NCBI GenBank assembly: GCA_016872555.1
Contig: VGZO01000007.1
Location: forward strand, 38,897 to 102,896
Length of the DNA stretch: 64,000 bases
Direction of reading: 5' to 3'
Source of the DNA: Planctomycetota bacterium
GTDB lineage: Bacteria > Planctomycetota > Planctomycetia > Pirellulales > UBA1268
Part shown: in pieces, positions 11,366 through 20,233 of the stretch
How the letters are laid out: each line of letters begins with the position of its first letter
How positions within the stretch are numbered: position 1 is the stretch's first letter
Notes under the pieces: model-generated
Database searches by the model: none
What the model saw: the letters and a program-made list of their open reading frames with translations, nothing else
Told to the model about the DNA's origin: nothing
Translations under genes and position numbers: made by a program

Positions 11366-12616
11366 TTGCCCGGGGTTTTGGTACGCTCCGCTACGAACGC
11401 GGCCTCGGGCCTACCCACCACCCCTGTCGATCCTGACGGTTGGAGTCACGAAAACGACATGAGTTCGTGGGACAGTGGTGCGGACCATTCCGGTCGCGAC
11501 GCGGCATCCTCGGCCGATGACGCCCTGCCAGACAACTCCTTCCAGGATCGGCCCTCGGCTGCGAACCGACGTCCACGCGCGTGGGCGTCGGTCGCCGGCA
11601 CGGTCGGACGGGTGGCAGGAACGCTGCTCCTGCTTGCCTTTGCCCTGCGAAATGTCGAGTGGAACACGCTGGCATCCGATCTCCGGACGGCCGACTGGCG
11701 CTGGTGGTTGGCGGGGTTGACGGCCGGCGTTCTCGTCCAGGTGGTCGCGGCGGTTCGCTGGGGTTCGCTGGCGCGGCCGATCGGCTTCCGACTCTCGACC
11801 GCGACATTCATCCGCCGGTTTTTCGAGGGGGCGTTTTTCAGCCTCTGCCTGCCCGGTTCGATCGGCGGCGACGTCGTCAAAGCATTCCGCCTGTCGGACA
11901 CTGTCGACGGCCGACTGCTGGCGGGCTGCACGATCCTCGCCGACCGGATCACCGGTCTCACGGCGCTTCTGGTTCTGGCTTTCACGGCGCTCGTCTCGCA
12001 GCACTACACGCTGCCGGTCACCGCGACGATCGCGGTCGGAACGGCCCTCTTGCTGCTGGCGATGACCGGCGCGTTCCTCGGCGTACGGATGATCGATCGG
12101 GTGATCGCCCGCCTTCCTGAGAACCACCGCGTGAAGCGGTTCCTCATCTATCTCCTCCCCTACCAGATGCGCCCCAGCCTGATTGTGCGGGCCCTTGCCT
12201 GGAGCATGGTGGTGCAGATGGGGGGCGCGTTCGCCGTCTCCCTCGTGGGTCGGTCGGCCGGGGTCGATCTGCCGCTGGCAGTATGGTTCGGATCGGTGCC
12301 CCTGGTCGCCGTGGCAATGGTCCTGCCGATCAGCATCAGTGGCGTCGGCGTCCGCGAAGGTGGTCTTGCGCTCCTGCTCAAACCCCACGGCGTCGCGCCG
12401 GAGCAGGCGGTCGCGATCGGTGTATTGTGGTTTCTGACGACGATCGTTTGCGGTCTCCTCGGAGGCGCGTCGTTTCTCGCTGAACGCCGACCGGCGACGA
12501 TCTCGCTCCCCCAAGGACTGCAGTCGACCGCCGCCCCCCCCGGGGTGAGCATCCGGCACTCGGGCGGGCCGGCACGACCCGGCCATGCCGCGGTCGGCCC
12601 GGGGAGCGATCGCTAG
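11366..12616 (+). CDS. flippase-like / lysylphosphatidylglycerol-synthase TM-region family membrane protein (UPF0104)
   Basis: 416-aa ORF, multi-TM. The pattern LRNVEWNTLASDLRTADWRWWLAG...LPGSIGGDVVKAFRL resembles the LPG_synthase_TM/UPF0104 family. Alternative ATG start at 11459. Divergent from the exosortase gene. Confidence 0.75.
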   Translation: MPGVLVRSATNAASGLPTTPVDPDGWSHENDMSSWDSGADHSGRDAASSADDALPDNSFQDRPSAANRRPRAWASVAGTVGRVAGTLLLLAFALRNVEWNTLASDLRTADWRWWLAGLTAGVLVQVVAAVRWGSLARPIGFRLSTATFIRRFFEGAFFSLCLPGSIGGDVVKAFRLSDTVDGRLLAGCTILADRITGLTALLVLAFTALVSQHYTLPVTATIAVGTALLLLAMTGAFLGVRMIDRVIARLPENHRVKRFLIYLLPYQMRPSLIVRALAWSMVVQMGGAFAVSLVGRSAGVDLPLAVWFGSVPLVAVAMVLPISISGVGVREGGLALLLKPHGVAPEQAVAIGVLWFLTTIVCGLLGGASFLAERRPATISLPQGLQSTAAPPGVSIRHSGGPARPGHAAVGPGSDR

Positions 12617-13191
12617 CCGACCGGCGGGCCCGACCGGCGGTGGCGGTCGAAGATGAGCAAACCGGCGATCGACTTGGCATCCTCGATCCGCCCGTCGAGG
12701 CACATCGCCACCGCCTCGTCGATGCTTACCTCGCGGGCCCGGATCTCCTCGCCGGGCTCGAGCTCCTGCGGACCGGCGACGAGACCCTCCGCCACGAAAA
12801 GGTGCATCCGTTCGCGGAGGATGCCTGGCGACATCCAAAACGCCCCCAGCGCCCTGATCGTCCCGGCGCGGTAGCCGGTCTCCTCGACGAGCTCGCGGGC
12901 CGCGGCCGCGGACGGGGGCTCGGGCCGATCGAGCGTTCCGGCGGGCAATTCGAGGAGCGTGGCCCCGACAGCGACGCGCGCCACCTCGACGAGGCACACG
13001 TTCCCGGACGGTGTCACGGGGATCACGACGACGCTCCCCGGATGGTCGACGACCTGGCGCTCGTGGAGCGTTCCGTCGGCGCAGTGCTGCACGACACGAA
13101 CGACGCGGAAGCGCCGGCCTTCGAAGAGAACCTCGGCAGGTCGGGAAGCCATCGTCGTGCGCTCCGGAAACGGGGGATCGCTCGGGGACAC
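12613..13191 (-). CDS. NUDIX hydrolase (ADP-ribose pyrophosphatase-like)
   Basis: 192 aa. Nudix box GTLDRPEPPSAAAARELVEETGY (G-x5-E-x7-REL-x-EE-x-G). NudF/NudK-like layout. Confidence 0.85.
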   Translation of the reverse strand: MSPSDPPFPERTTMASRPAEVLFEGRRFRVVRVVQHCADGTLHERQVVDHPGSVVVIPVTPSGNVCLVEVARVAVGATLLELPAGTLDRPEPPSAAAARELVEETGYRAGTIRALGAFWMSPGILRERMHLFVAEGLVAGPQELEPGEEIRAREVSIDEAVAMCLDGRIEDAKSIAGLLIFDRHRRSGPPVG

Positions 13192-13207
13192 CGCGGGCCT
13201 GACGGTA

Positions 13208-14182
13208 TCAAGGGAATTGGCCGCTCACGGGCGTGACCCGCTCGGCGCCGACCGCCAGCCGCTCCCGTGCCGCCAGTCCCTTCGTCGTCACCATCGCCAG
13301 CGCGATTCCCGAGCCACCGTCGGCCGACCAGGCGGCGCTCGTCACGCCACCGACCGGGTCGCGCGTCCCGTCGTCGTCGAAGGCGACCACCCCGGCACCG
13401 CCGGTCGGGAGGACGGTCGCACTGGCGAGCCTCACCAGGCGGCGGTTGACGTGGCCGAGTGCGTCGATCCTGGCGACCGTCTCCTGGCCGAGGTAGCACC
13501 CCTTCGTGAACGAGATCGCCTCCCTGTCGCGTCCCAATTCCTGGGGGAGTGCCCGCTCGGGGATGTCGTGGGGCAGCGGGTAGCCGTTCTCGATCCGCAC
13601 GGCGTCGACCGCCGCCGCAGCGGCGGTCACGAGGCCAGCCGCCGCACACGCGGCGTCGAAATCCGCTCCCGCCGCCCCGGGAACGAGCAGCAACCAACCT
13701 CCGGGCCAGACGCCGGCCGCGGAGATCGTCTTCAACGCGTTGAGGTCGACGCCCGGGACAGTCCGCACGTCCGCTGACCGGGTTGCGGCCAACCAAGCCG
13801 TCGCCTGCGGCCCGGCCAGGCCCCGAACCTCCCAGGTGGCGGAGACATCGGCCACCGTGAGCCGCTCGCGGATGTGGTATCGCTCGAGATGGACGGCGAG
13901 ATCGCTTTCCACTCCCGGCCACGCCACCAGCCAGACGTCGTCACCTTCGCGGAGCACGTGGACCAACGCCACGATCTGCCCACGCGCGTCGAGCAGCATC
14001 GCTTCGCTCGAAGCGCCGTGCGCCAACGCCGCCACGTGGGCGGTCGCGAACGCGTCGACGAACCGCATCGCATCGGGGCCGGCGACGTGGATCACGGCGC
14101 AGCCGGGAATCGCGAACCGTGCCACGCCACGGCGGAGCTCGGAATACCCCGGCGGGACGGGAGTGGGCGTGGCGTCGTCCAT
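13208..14182 (-). CDS. ygfZ: folate-binding YgfZ / GcvT-like aminomethyltransferase-family protein
   Basis: C-terminal 324 aa of ORF 13208..14701. Start set at ATG 14182 (MDDATP...) because the upstream 173 codons are Arg-rich junk. Signature FTKGCYLGQETVARIDALGHVNRRLV. Confidence 0.8.
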   Translation of the reverse strand: MDDATPTPVPPGYSELRRGVARFAIPGCAVIHVAGPDAMRFVDAFATAHVAALAHGASSEAMLLDARGQIVALVHVLREGDDVWLVAWPGVESDLAVHLERYHIRERLTVADVSATWEVRGLAGPQATAWLAATRSADVRTVPGVDLNALKTISAAGVWPGGWLLLVPGAAGADFDAACAAAGLVTAAAAAVDAVRIENGYPLPHDIPERALPQELGRDREAISFTKGCYLGQETVARIDALGHVNRRLVRLASATVLPTGGAGVVAFDDDGTRDPVGGVTSAAWSADGGSGIALAMVTTKGLAARERLAVGAERVTPVSGQFP

Positions 14183-14538
14183 GGAACCAGCGGGTGCGGC
14201 GGCCTGACGGGGATCGTCCGCGGAGGGTACCACTGTCGGCCGCGCGAAAAAAACGCCGCCTTCGACCGACCCTGGCGAACGCTCGGCCGGGATCCTGCGT
14301 ACAGCCTCTCGTTCGCACGACGCGGGATCGGAATTCCGGATCCCCGTCGCGTGAGGGCCGTGGTCGATCGGCAGGGAACGCTGTCGCGTCACCCTCCGTC
14401 GGCCCGGATCACGGCGTCGAGCGGCACCCGCGTGCGGAAGGTTTCCGCCGTGACTCCGTCGGTGTAGACGCGGTCGCACCGTGCGCCCGCGGCATCCCGG
14501 AGTGATGACGTTCCGAGTCCGGAAAGTGATGGTGGCCG

Positions 14539-15165
14539 ATGGCAACGGTGCGCTTCGAGGGTCAGTGCCACGACGGCTTCGACGAGGATGGCTGCTATCC
14601 CAACCCGTTCGCCGCGGATCACGGTGAGGAATCCGGCCACGACCTCCCGCCGCTCGGCGAGCGGCCGTCGCTGCGTCCACGGGTCGCGCGGCGCGTGCCA
14701 CGTCCGCAGTCCGGGCTGCACCGGATCGCCGAGGTGCGCGAACAACAAGGCGTCTCGCAGCGCAACGTCGCCCGCCGCTTGGGGCTGGAATTGGCCGTCG
14801 TCCGCCGCCAGGAACAGTCCGACTGCGATCTGCGGATCTCCGACCTGATGCTCTGGCAGCAGGTCCTCGATGTGCCGATCGCCGAACTGCTCGTCGAGGG
14901 GGAGGGGCAACTCTCCGGTCCCGTCCTGGCCCGTTCCCGAATGGTGAAGCTGATGAAGACGGCGGCTGCGATCCGCGAACAGTCCGGCAGTGGCGCGCTG
15001 GGCAAGTTGGCCGACATGCTCATCACGCAGATCCTGGAGATCATGCCGGAACTGGCCGACGTCACTCCCTGGCATTCCGTGGGACAGCGACGGACCCTGG
15101 CGGAGTTGGGTCGAACCGCCTGCCAGGTCGTGTCGGAGGACTCACTCCGCAGCGGCGGCTCGTGA
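14539..15165 (+). CDS. XRE-family helix-turn-helix transcriptional regulator
   Basis: HTH_3-like core LHRIAEVREQQGVSQRNVARRLGLELAVVRRQEQSDCDLRISDLMLWQQVLDVPIAELL. The true start is probably later (for example GTG 14695); the N-terminal part of the ORF looks non-coding. Confidence 0.65.
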   Translation: MATVRFEGQCHDGFDEDGCYPNPFAADHGEESGHDLPPLGERPSLRPRVARRVPRPQSGLHRIAEVREQQGVSQRNVARRLGLELAVVRRQEQSDCDLRISDLMLWQQVLDVPIAELLVEGEGQLSGPVLARSRMVKLMKTAAAIREQSGSGALGKLADMLITQILEIMPELADVTPWHSVGQRRTLAELGRTACQVVSEDSLRSGGS

Positions 15166-15365
15166 GCGGGGCGGCGGGCACGTCGCCGTCGCACACCGCG
15201 CTTGATTCGCGCCGTGCCGGCGGCCTACGATCCGTCGGTCGTCTGCCGATCCGTCGCTCCCCCGCGAGGTCCGTTCCGGTGTTTTCGCTGCTCGGCGTCC
15301 TGCTCATCGTGCTGGTGCTGTTCGTCGCCGTCGCCATGACGGCGAAACTCGTCCTCGGAAAGTGA
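15162..15365 (+). CDS. possible small membrane protein, translationally coupled to the HTH regulator
   Basis: GTG 15162 overlaps the regulator stop (GTGA). The C-terminal hydrophobic helix VPVFSLLGVLLIVLVLFVAVAMTAKLVLGK has near-uniform G/C at codon position 3. It conflicts with the 3' end of the convergent ORF 15225..15755. Confidence 0.35.
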   Translation: MSGAAGTSPSHTALDSRRAGGLRSVGRLPIRRSPARSVPVFSLLGVLLIVLVLFVAVAMTAKLVLGK

Positions 15366-15755
15366 TCCCGGGTGACGCTGCCGTCCGCGGTCGTCCTGGC
15401 CGTGCCGCGAGCCTGACGTCTGCCGCGTCGCTCCGACGAACAGCAGGGCCACCAGCGCCCCCAAGACCCCGGCGAACGTCACCCAGGCTCCGACTGCCAA
15501 CCCGAAATAGTCGCGGAGCCACACCCGTGATGGTGGCTCGACGCTCCGCGGCACCTTCCGTTGGACGGGGCCTTCGCGGCCCGTCTGTTTCGCCATCCCG
15601 CGGCGGAACTCGTCCCAATCCGCTTGGGCATCGGGGCGGGCGAGGGCCTCGAGCCATCCGTCCCGGGCCCACCACAGGCCCAGCGGAGGGCCGACAGTGG
15701 CGGCCAACCAGAGCGTCGCCAGTACGGTGATCTGAAGCCTGTTGCGCGAAAACAT
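15225..15755 (-). CDS. hypothetical two-TM membrane protein
   Basis: 176 aa. N-terminal TM (ITVLATLWLAATVGPPLGLWW), a soluble loop, and a second TM (FGLAVGAWVTFAGVLGALVALLFVG). The last ~60 codons are low complexity and overlap the + strand small ORF, so the 3' end is doubtful. Confidence 0.5.
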   Translation of the reverse strand: MFSRNRLQITVLATLWLAATVGPPLGLWWARDGWLEALARPDAQADWDEFRRGMAKQTGREGPVQRKVPRSVEPPSRVWLRDYFGLAVGAWVTFAGVLGALVALLFVGATRQTSGSRHGQDDRGRQRHPGSLSEDEFRRHGDGDEQHQHDEQDAEQRKHRNGPRGGATDRQTTDGS

Positions 15756-15933
15756 CGCCGCGGAGTTCCCGGAAAAGCATGGGGGCCCGACGGCGACCGC
15801 TCCGGCACCGTCCCCCCCATTCTGCCGCGTCGACCGGGCCGCTCAACCGGTCTGGCGAGGCGGCCGACGGTTCGCTACCGTCCCCGCCGATCCTCCCGTT
15901 CCCCGCCCCGCGTCCCTCGAAGGAGTCGTCAGC

Positions 15934-17022
15934 GTGGTCACCGACCCCTGCACGCTTCGCAGCCGCGTGACCGCGATCCTCGCGGCCGTGGCGTTCGCCG
16001 GCCTCCCGACGGCGGCACTCGCCCAGTCTGGCCAGTCCGGCTGGCTGCCCACCTCGTGGTTCACGCCGAGCCAAGTCGACCCCAAGGCGATGTTCCCGTT
16101 GGCGGAGCAGGACGGTCCCTGGCTCGTCCTCGCGACGACGTTCCGCGGCGAGGGTGCCCGCGACGACGCCCGGCGTCTGGTCCAGGAGCTGCGGCAGAAA
16201 CATGGCCTCAAGGCCTACACCCACGAGAAATCGTTCGACTACACGGGATCGCCGCAGGGTCTCGGCCTCAATCCCGACGGTTCGCCGAAGAAGATGCGCT
16301 ATGCCAACAGCGCGCAGGTCGTCGAGGTCGCCGTGCTCGTCGGCGACTTCGCGTCGTTCGACGATCCCCGCGGCCAGAAGGTCCTGGCCCGAGTCAAACA
16401 ACTCCATCCCGAGGCCCTCTCGGGCGAAGGAGGGCGGAGCCGGTCCTATTCCGAGTTCCGGCGGATGGTCGGCCTCGACCGGGGCACCGGCAAGGGGCCA
16501 CTGCATCTGGCGTTCGTGATCCCCAATCCGCTGCTGCCGGAGGACTTTTTCGCCCGCCAGCAGATCGACCGCTTCGTCCTCGACATGAACGCCGACGTCA
16601 CCCACAGCCTTCTCGACTGCCCGGGGGCGTACAGCATCCGGGTGGCGACCTTCACCGGTGCCGGAAGCTTCGACCAATCCACCGCCGAGGAAACCCCCGG
16701 CGCCAGCCGGCTGGTCGAGGCGGCCGAGCAGGCCCATCGGCTCACCGAGACGCTGCGCCGTGCCGGCTGGCCCGCCTGGGAGTTTCACGACCGCGAATCG
16801 AGCATCGTCTGCGTGGGATCGTTCGACGAGGTGCGGATCCGGCAACCCAACGGCGGCACGGCCCTCCATCCCGAGGCGGCGAGGATCGTCCGCGAACTCG
16901 GCCCCGACCCAGCGCGGCTGGCCGCCGGAGCCGTGATGCCGCGGACGATCGACGGGATCCTCCTCGACGTCGCCCCGAAACCGATCGGCGTGCCGCGCCG
17001 GCCGGCCCGCGCCAAGCTCTGA
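15934..17022 (+). CDS. secreted hypothetical protein with two SPOR-like segments (tentative)
   Basis: Start moved to GTG 15934 (AGGAG 8 nt upstream). Signal peptide ...RVTAILAAVAFAGLPTAALAQ. Two segments resemble the SPOR fold pattern: WLVLATTFRGEGARDDARRLVQELRQKHGLKAY, and YSIRVATFTGAG...AHRLTETLRRAGWPAWEFHDRESSIVCVGSFD. Confidence 0.7.
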   Translation: MVTDPCTLRSRVTAILAAVAFAGLPTAALAQSGQSGWLPTSWFTPSQVDPKAMFPLAEQDGPWLVLATTFRGEGARDDARRLVQELRQKHGLKAYTHEKSFDYTGSPQGLGLNPDGSPKKMRYANSAQVVEVAVLVGDFASFDDPRGQKVLARVKQLHPEALSGEGGRSRSYSEFRRMVGLDRGTGKGPLHLAFVIPNPLLPEDFFARQQIDRFVLDMNADVTHSLLDCPGAYSIRVATFTGAGSFDQSTAEETPGASRLVEAAEQAHRLTETLRRAGWPAWEFHDRESSIVCVGSFDEVRIRQPNGGTALHPEAARIVRELGPDPARLAAGAVMPRTIDGILLDVAPKPIGVPRRPARAKL

Positions 17023-17026
17023 TCCG

Positions 17027-17668
17027 ATGACGGCTCCGACCGGCCCCGTCCTCGTGCTCGGCACGACCAGCAGCGGGAAGCTGCGGGAGCTGCGCCGGAT
17101 CATCGAGCCTCTGAGGATCGTCTGCCGGGCCCTGGCCGACGTGCCCGGCGCGGTCGACGTCGATGAAACCGGCACGACGTTCGCCGCCAACGCCGCCCTC
17201 AAGGCCGCCGCCCAGGCCCGTGCCTGCCGGGCATGGGTCCTCGCCGAGGACAGCGGTCTGTGCGTCGCCGCCCTCGGCGGCGCCCCCGGGATCCGGTCCG
17301 CGCGATTCGCCGGCGAGCCACGCGACGACGCTGCCAACAATCGGCTTCTGCTCGAGCGCCTCGCCGACGCCACGGACCGCACCGCGCACTATGCATGCTA
17401 CGCAGCGTTGGCGAGCCCGGACGGAGCGATCGTGGCGACCTCCCACGGCGAGTGCCACGGCGTGATCACGGCAGCACCGGGCGGCACCGGAGGGTTCGGC
17501 TACGACCCGCTGTTCGTCGTCCCTGAGTACCACCGGACGTTCGGCACGCTGCCGGGAACGGTCAAGGACCTGATCAGTCACCGGGCGCGTGCGATCCGCG
17601 CGATCAGCGGCGACCTGCTCAGGCACCTGCGCCCCGCGGCGTCCTGCCTGCCGCCAACCGGGCGGTGA
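17027..17668 (+). CDS. rdgB: dITP/XTP pyrophosphatase (RdgB/HAM1)
   Basis: 213 aa. Motifs TSSGKLRE, VDETGTTFAANAALKA, EDSGLCVAALGGAPGIRSARF, GFGYDPLF and ISHRARA. Confidence 0.92.
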   Translation: MTAPTGPVLVLGTTSSGKLRELRRIIEPLRIVCRALADVPGAVDVDETGTTFAANAALKAAAQARACRAWVLAEDSGLCVAALGGAPGIRSARFAGEPRDDAANNRLLLERLADATDRTAHYACYAALASPDGAIVATSHGECHGVITAAPGGTGGFGYDPLFVVPEYHRTFGTLPGTVKDLISHRARAIRAISGDLLRHLRPAASCLPPTGR

Positions 17669-18782
17669 TCACGTCGATGACCGTCGGGGTGCCATCCATC
17701 CGCCCCCGATACCCCTGCGCCGCGGCCTCGAACGGCTCCAGTCCGGCGACGAATCCGCGGACCACCTCCGGGGAGACCGCCTCGAGGGGGCAGAACGAGC
17801 CGGCGGCCATGTCGGCGAGAAAATGGCTGTTGATCAGCTGCTCGGCGTGGGCGCGCTCCGGCAGGAGGAACATCGGCTTGCCGAAGTGGAGCGCCTCGCC
17901 GATCAGTTGGTTGCCGGCCGCCGAAATCAGGGCCCGGCATCCCGCCAGGTCGTCGATGAACCGGCGCTCGTCGATCTCGTGGAACGTGAGGTGCCCCCAC
18001 GACGGACGGGCGCCGAGCCCGTAGACGCGGATCGGGAGACCGGCTTCGTCGAGGGCGTCGAGCACCGAGTCCGGCGTGGTGCGGCGGAGATAGCTCACCA
18101 CATGGCCGCGATCCTCGGGCGCGACGGCGAGCAGTGCCGGGCGGAGGAGAGGCCCGACCTGGACGACGTGCTCCCACCCCGGCTTGAGCGCTGGACGAAA
18201 AAACGCCGAGACCACGGTGTCGTCGGCGTCGGTCGAGTACATCCAGACCGCATGGCTCATGAACCAGGCGTGCCACTGCAGGCCCCAGGGAAGGATCCCG
18301 AGGGAGTAGGCGAGGAGGAAGTGCTGGTGGTCCACGCTGACCAGCGGGATGCCCAGCCGCGCACAGGCCCGCGGCAGGGCCGGCTCGAAATCGGTCACCG
18401 CCAGATCGGCGCCGAACGACTGCAGTTCCGTCGCCAATCGTTCGACGAGTGGACCGAGGATCCGGGCCTGGTAGTCCAGTCCGACGGTGATCGACCGGGC
18501 GATGTCAAGACGCCCGTCCGTGTACTGGAAGACGATCCCGGGGATCTCGCTGACGGAGACGGGCCCGTCTCCCGGGAACCGCCTGGCGAGCATGTCGTGG
18601 GCATCGGCGGAGGTGTAGATCCGAATCGTGTGGCCCGACGGCAGGCGCTCGACGAGCGTCGCCACCCGCGTGGCGTGCCCCCGCCCCTCGCCGCACAGGC
18701 TGATCGCGATCCGCGCCACGCCAGTCGTCCCGGAAAAACGCGTCGCCGGGGTTTTCGCCCCCGCGCGACCGTGGTCCGTCAT
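17619..18782 (-). CDS. glycosyltransferase (MJ1255/UDP-glycosyltransferase-like, GT-B)
   Basis: RIAISLCGEGRGHATRVATLVERL is the typical N-terminus of this family; C-terminal AAGNQLIGEALHFGKPMFLLP is a nucleotide-sugar binding motif. Start is ATG 18782 or GTG 18719. The 3' end overlaps rdgB convergently by 50 nt. Confidence 0.8.
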   Translation of the reverse strand: MTDHGRAGAKTPATRFSGTTGVARIAISLCGEGRGHATRVATLVERLPSGHTIRIYTSADAHDMLARRFPGDGPVSVSEIPGIVFQYTDGRLDIARSITVGLDYQARILGPLVERLATELQSFGADLAVTDFEPALPRACARLGIPLVSVDHQHFLLAYSLGILPWGLQWHAWFMSHAVWMYSTDADDTVVSAFFRPALKPGWEHVVQVGPLLRPALLAVAPEDRGHVVSYLRRTTPDSVLDALDEAGLPIRVYGLGARPSWGHLTFHEIDERRFIDDLAGCRALISAAGNQLIGEALHFGKPMFLLPERAHAEQLINSHFLADMAAGSFCPLEAVSPEVVRGFVAGLEPFEAAAQGYRGRMDGTPTVIDVITARLAAGRTPRGAGA

Positions 18783-18946
18783 TGTGTACGCTGCGGAAAA
18801 AACCGTCGCGATGGCCCTGTTCCCGCGCGCGGGAGCCACCGCCATCCGGGGGCGGTCGGCCGCGGAGAAGCGGCGTGTCTGGAGTGACGGTGTCGGTTGC
18901 CGTAGACTACCGCGAAAACAGCCCCGTTTGCCCGACTACGGACGGC

Positions 18947-20044
18947 ATGATGCCAACACCCTCGTGGTCATGCCACCGGTCGATGTCGGCCGTCGGTCGT
19001 CGAGCGACCGCTGCCGCGGCACTGTCCGCGGCGTGGTTGGCGATCATCTGGTCGTTGGCGGCACCCGGCCTCGGACAGGGCGTCGAACCGGCCCCCGCGG
19101 TCGTGTTGACGATCGACGACGAGCCCGTCTCCGCCACGCAACTGAGCGCCGCCGTCAGGCGTGTGCCCGGGGCAAGGTCGCTCACCCCGAGCACCCCCCC
19201 GGAGCAGCGTTTGCTCGTCGAGGCCAGGGCGGTCGACAGCCTGGTCAACGAGCGTCTGCTCGCGGCAGCCGCACGACGGGAGGCGATCATCGTCACTCCC
19301 CAGGACATCGACGCCCGGATCGAACGGTTGGTCGCGTCGGCCAAGAAGGTCAGCCTCGAGGACTTCCTCCGCACCACCGGAGACGACGGCGACGACCTCC
19401 GCCATCGGGTGAACCTCGATCTGACCATCGAGAAGCTGCTCGAGCCACAGTTGGCCGAAGGAGCCCTGCGCGCCGAGTACAACGCCCGACGGCGCGAGTT
19501 CGACGGGTCACGGGTCCGGGTCAGCCACGTGGTGCTGCGGCCGGAGATAACGTTGGGAACGGGCGCCGTGGCCGACACGCTCTCACGGGCGGAGTCGATT
19601 CGCCGGGAGATCCTCCGTGGCGACGCGACGTTCGCCGACGCCGCGCGAAAGTACTCGTCGGGGCCGAGCCGTCATCGCGGTGGCGACATCGGCTTCATCG
19701 GCCGGCTCGATCCGATGACCGACGAGTTCTCCGCCGCAGCGTTCGCGTTGGCGAAGGGGGACGTCTCGAAACCGTTCACGACGCCGTTCGGTATCCATGT
19801 CGCGACGGTCACGGAGATCGAGCCGGGAAAGCTGTCTTTCGAGACGGTCCGCGGCCTCGTGCTCCGCCAGGTGAGCGTGACTGCGTTTCGGAATCTCGTC
19901 CAGGGACTGCGGTCGAAAGCACGGGTCGTGTATTCCCCCGGTATACCCCATTTTGCCGGCGGACGGCCGGGGGCCGAGGTGGTCGTGCTCGAGGCTGCCG
20001 ACGTCGTCGAACCCGGGGCAACGACGGAGCCGGTCCGGCCCTGA
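18947..20044 (+). CDS. peptidyl-prolyl cis-trans isomerase, SurA-like with parvulin (PpiC) domain
   Basis: Start set at ATG 18947 (MMPTPS...), followed by a signal/anchor AAALSAAWLAIIWSLAAPGLG. Parvulin core VSHVVLRP...SSGPSRHRGGDIGFIGRLDPMTDEFSAAAFALAKGDVSKPFTTPFGIHVATV. Confidence 0.85.
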   Translation: MMPTPSWSCHRSMSAVGRRATAAAALSAAWLAIIWSLAAPGLGQGVEPAPAVVLTIDDEPVSATQLSAAVRRVPGARSLTPSTPPEQRLLVEARAVDSLVNERLLAAAARREAIIVTPQDIDARIERLVASAKKVSLEDFLRTTGDDGDDLRHRVNLDLTIEKLLEPQLAEGALRAEYNARRREFDGSRVRVSHVVLRPEITLGTGAVADTLSRAESIRREILRGDATFADAARKYSSGPSRHRGGDIGFIGRLDPMTDEFSAAAFALAKGDVSKPFTTPFGIHVATVTEIEPGKLSFETVRGLVLRQVSVTAFRNLVQGLRSKARVVYSPGIPHFAGGRPGAEVVVLEAADVVEPGATTEPVRP

Positions 20045-20233
20045 CGCCTTCCGGCCGCGGCTCCATGAGAAGGCGCGGCGGACGATGGGCTGGCACGATC
20101 GCCGCTCGCCGCTGGGCGTGTCGATGTCGGTGAGATGCGATTGGCCCGAACCCGCCGGCGTGCTACGGTCTCGCCCCCGGTCGCGCCGCCGCTGGCGGCG
20201 AAGACGTAGGTCCTCCACCTCGGCGGTGACGAC

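Noticed and set aside
12613-13191. Calling the NUDIX protein GDP-mannose mannosyl hydrolase (Gmm/WcaH) because gmd-fcl are nearby
   Set aside because: It lies 6 kb away on the far side of unrelated genes, and its sequence layout looks like ADP-ribose/NudF-NudK type. Substrate cannot be inferred from sequence here.
14318-14352. Imperfect palindrome around CGGAATTCCG upstream of ygfZ
   Set aside because: The arms are out of register by one base outside the central 10-bp core, and it has no recurrence or context to support an operator.
15304-17382. 692-aa (-) ORF, and the 489-aa (+) ORF at 15561..17030
   Set aside because: Both have extreme Arg/Pro/Gly composition typical of off-frame translation in high-GC DNA. 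They overlap the signal-peptide protein (15934..17022) and rdgB, which have real domain signatures.
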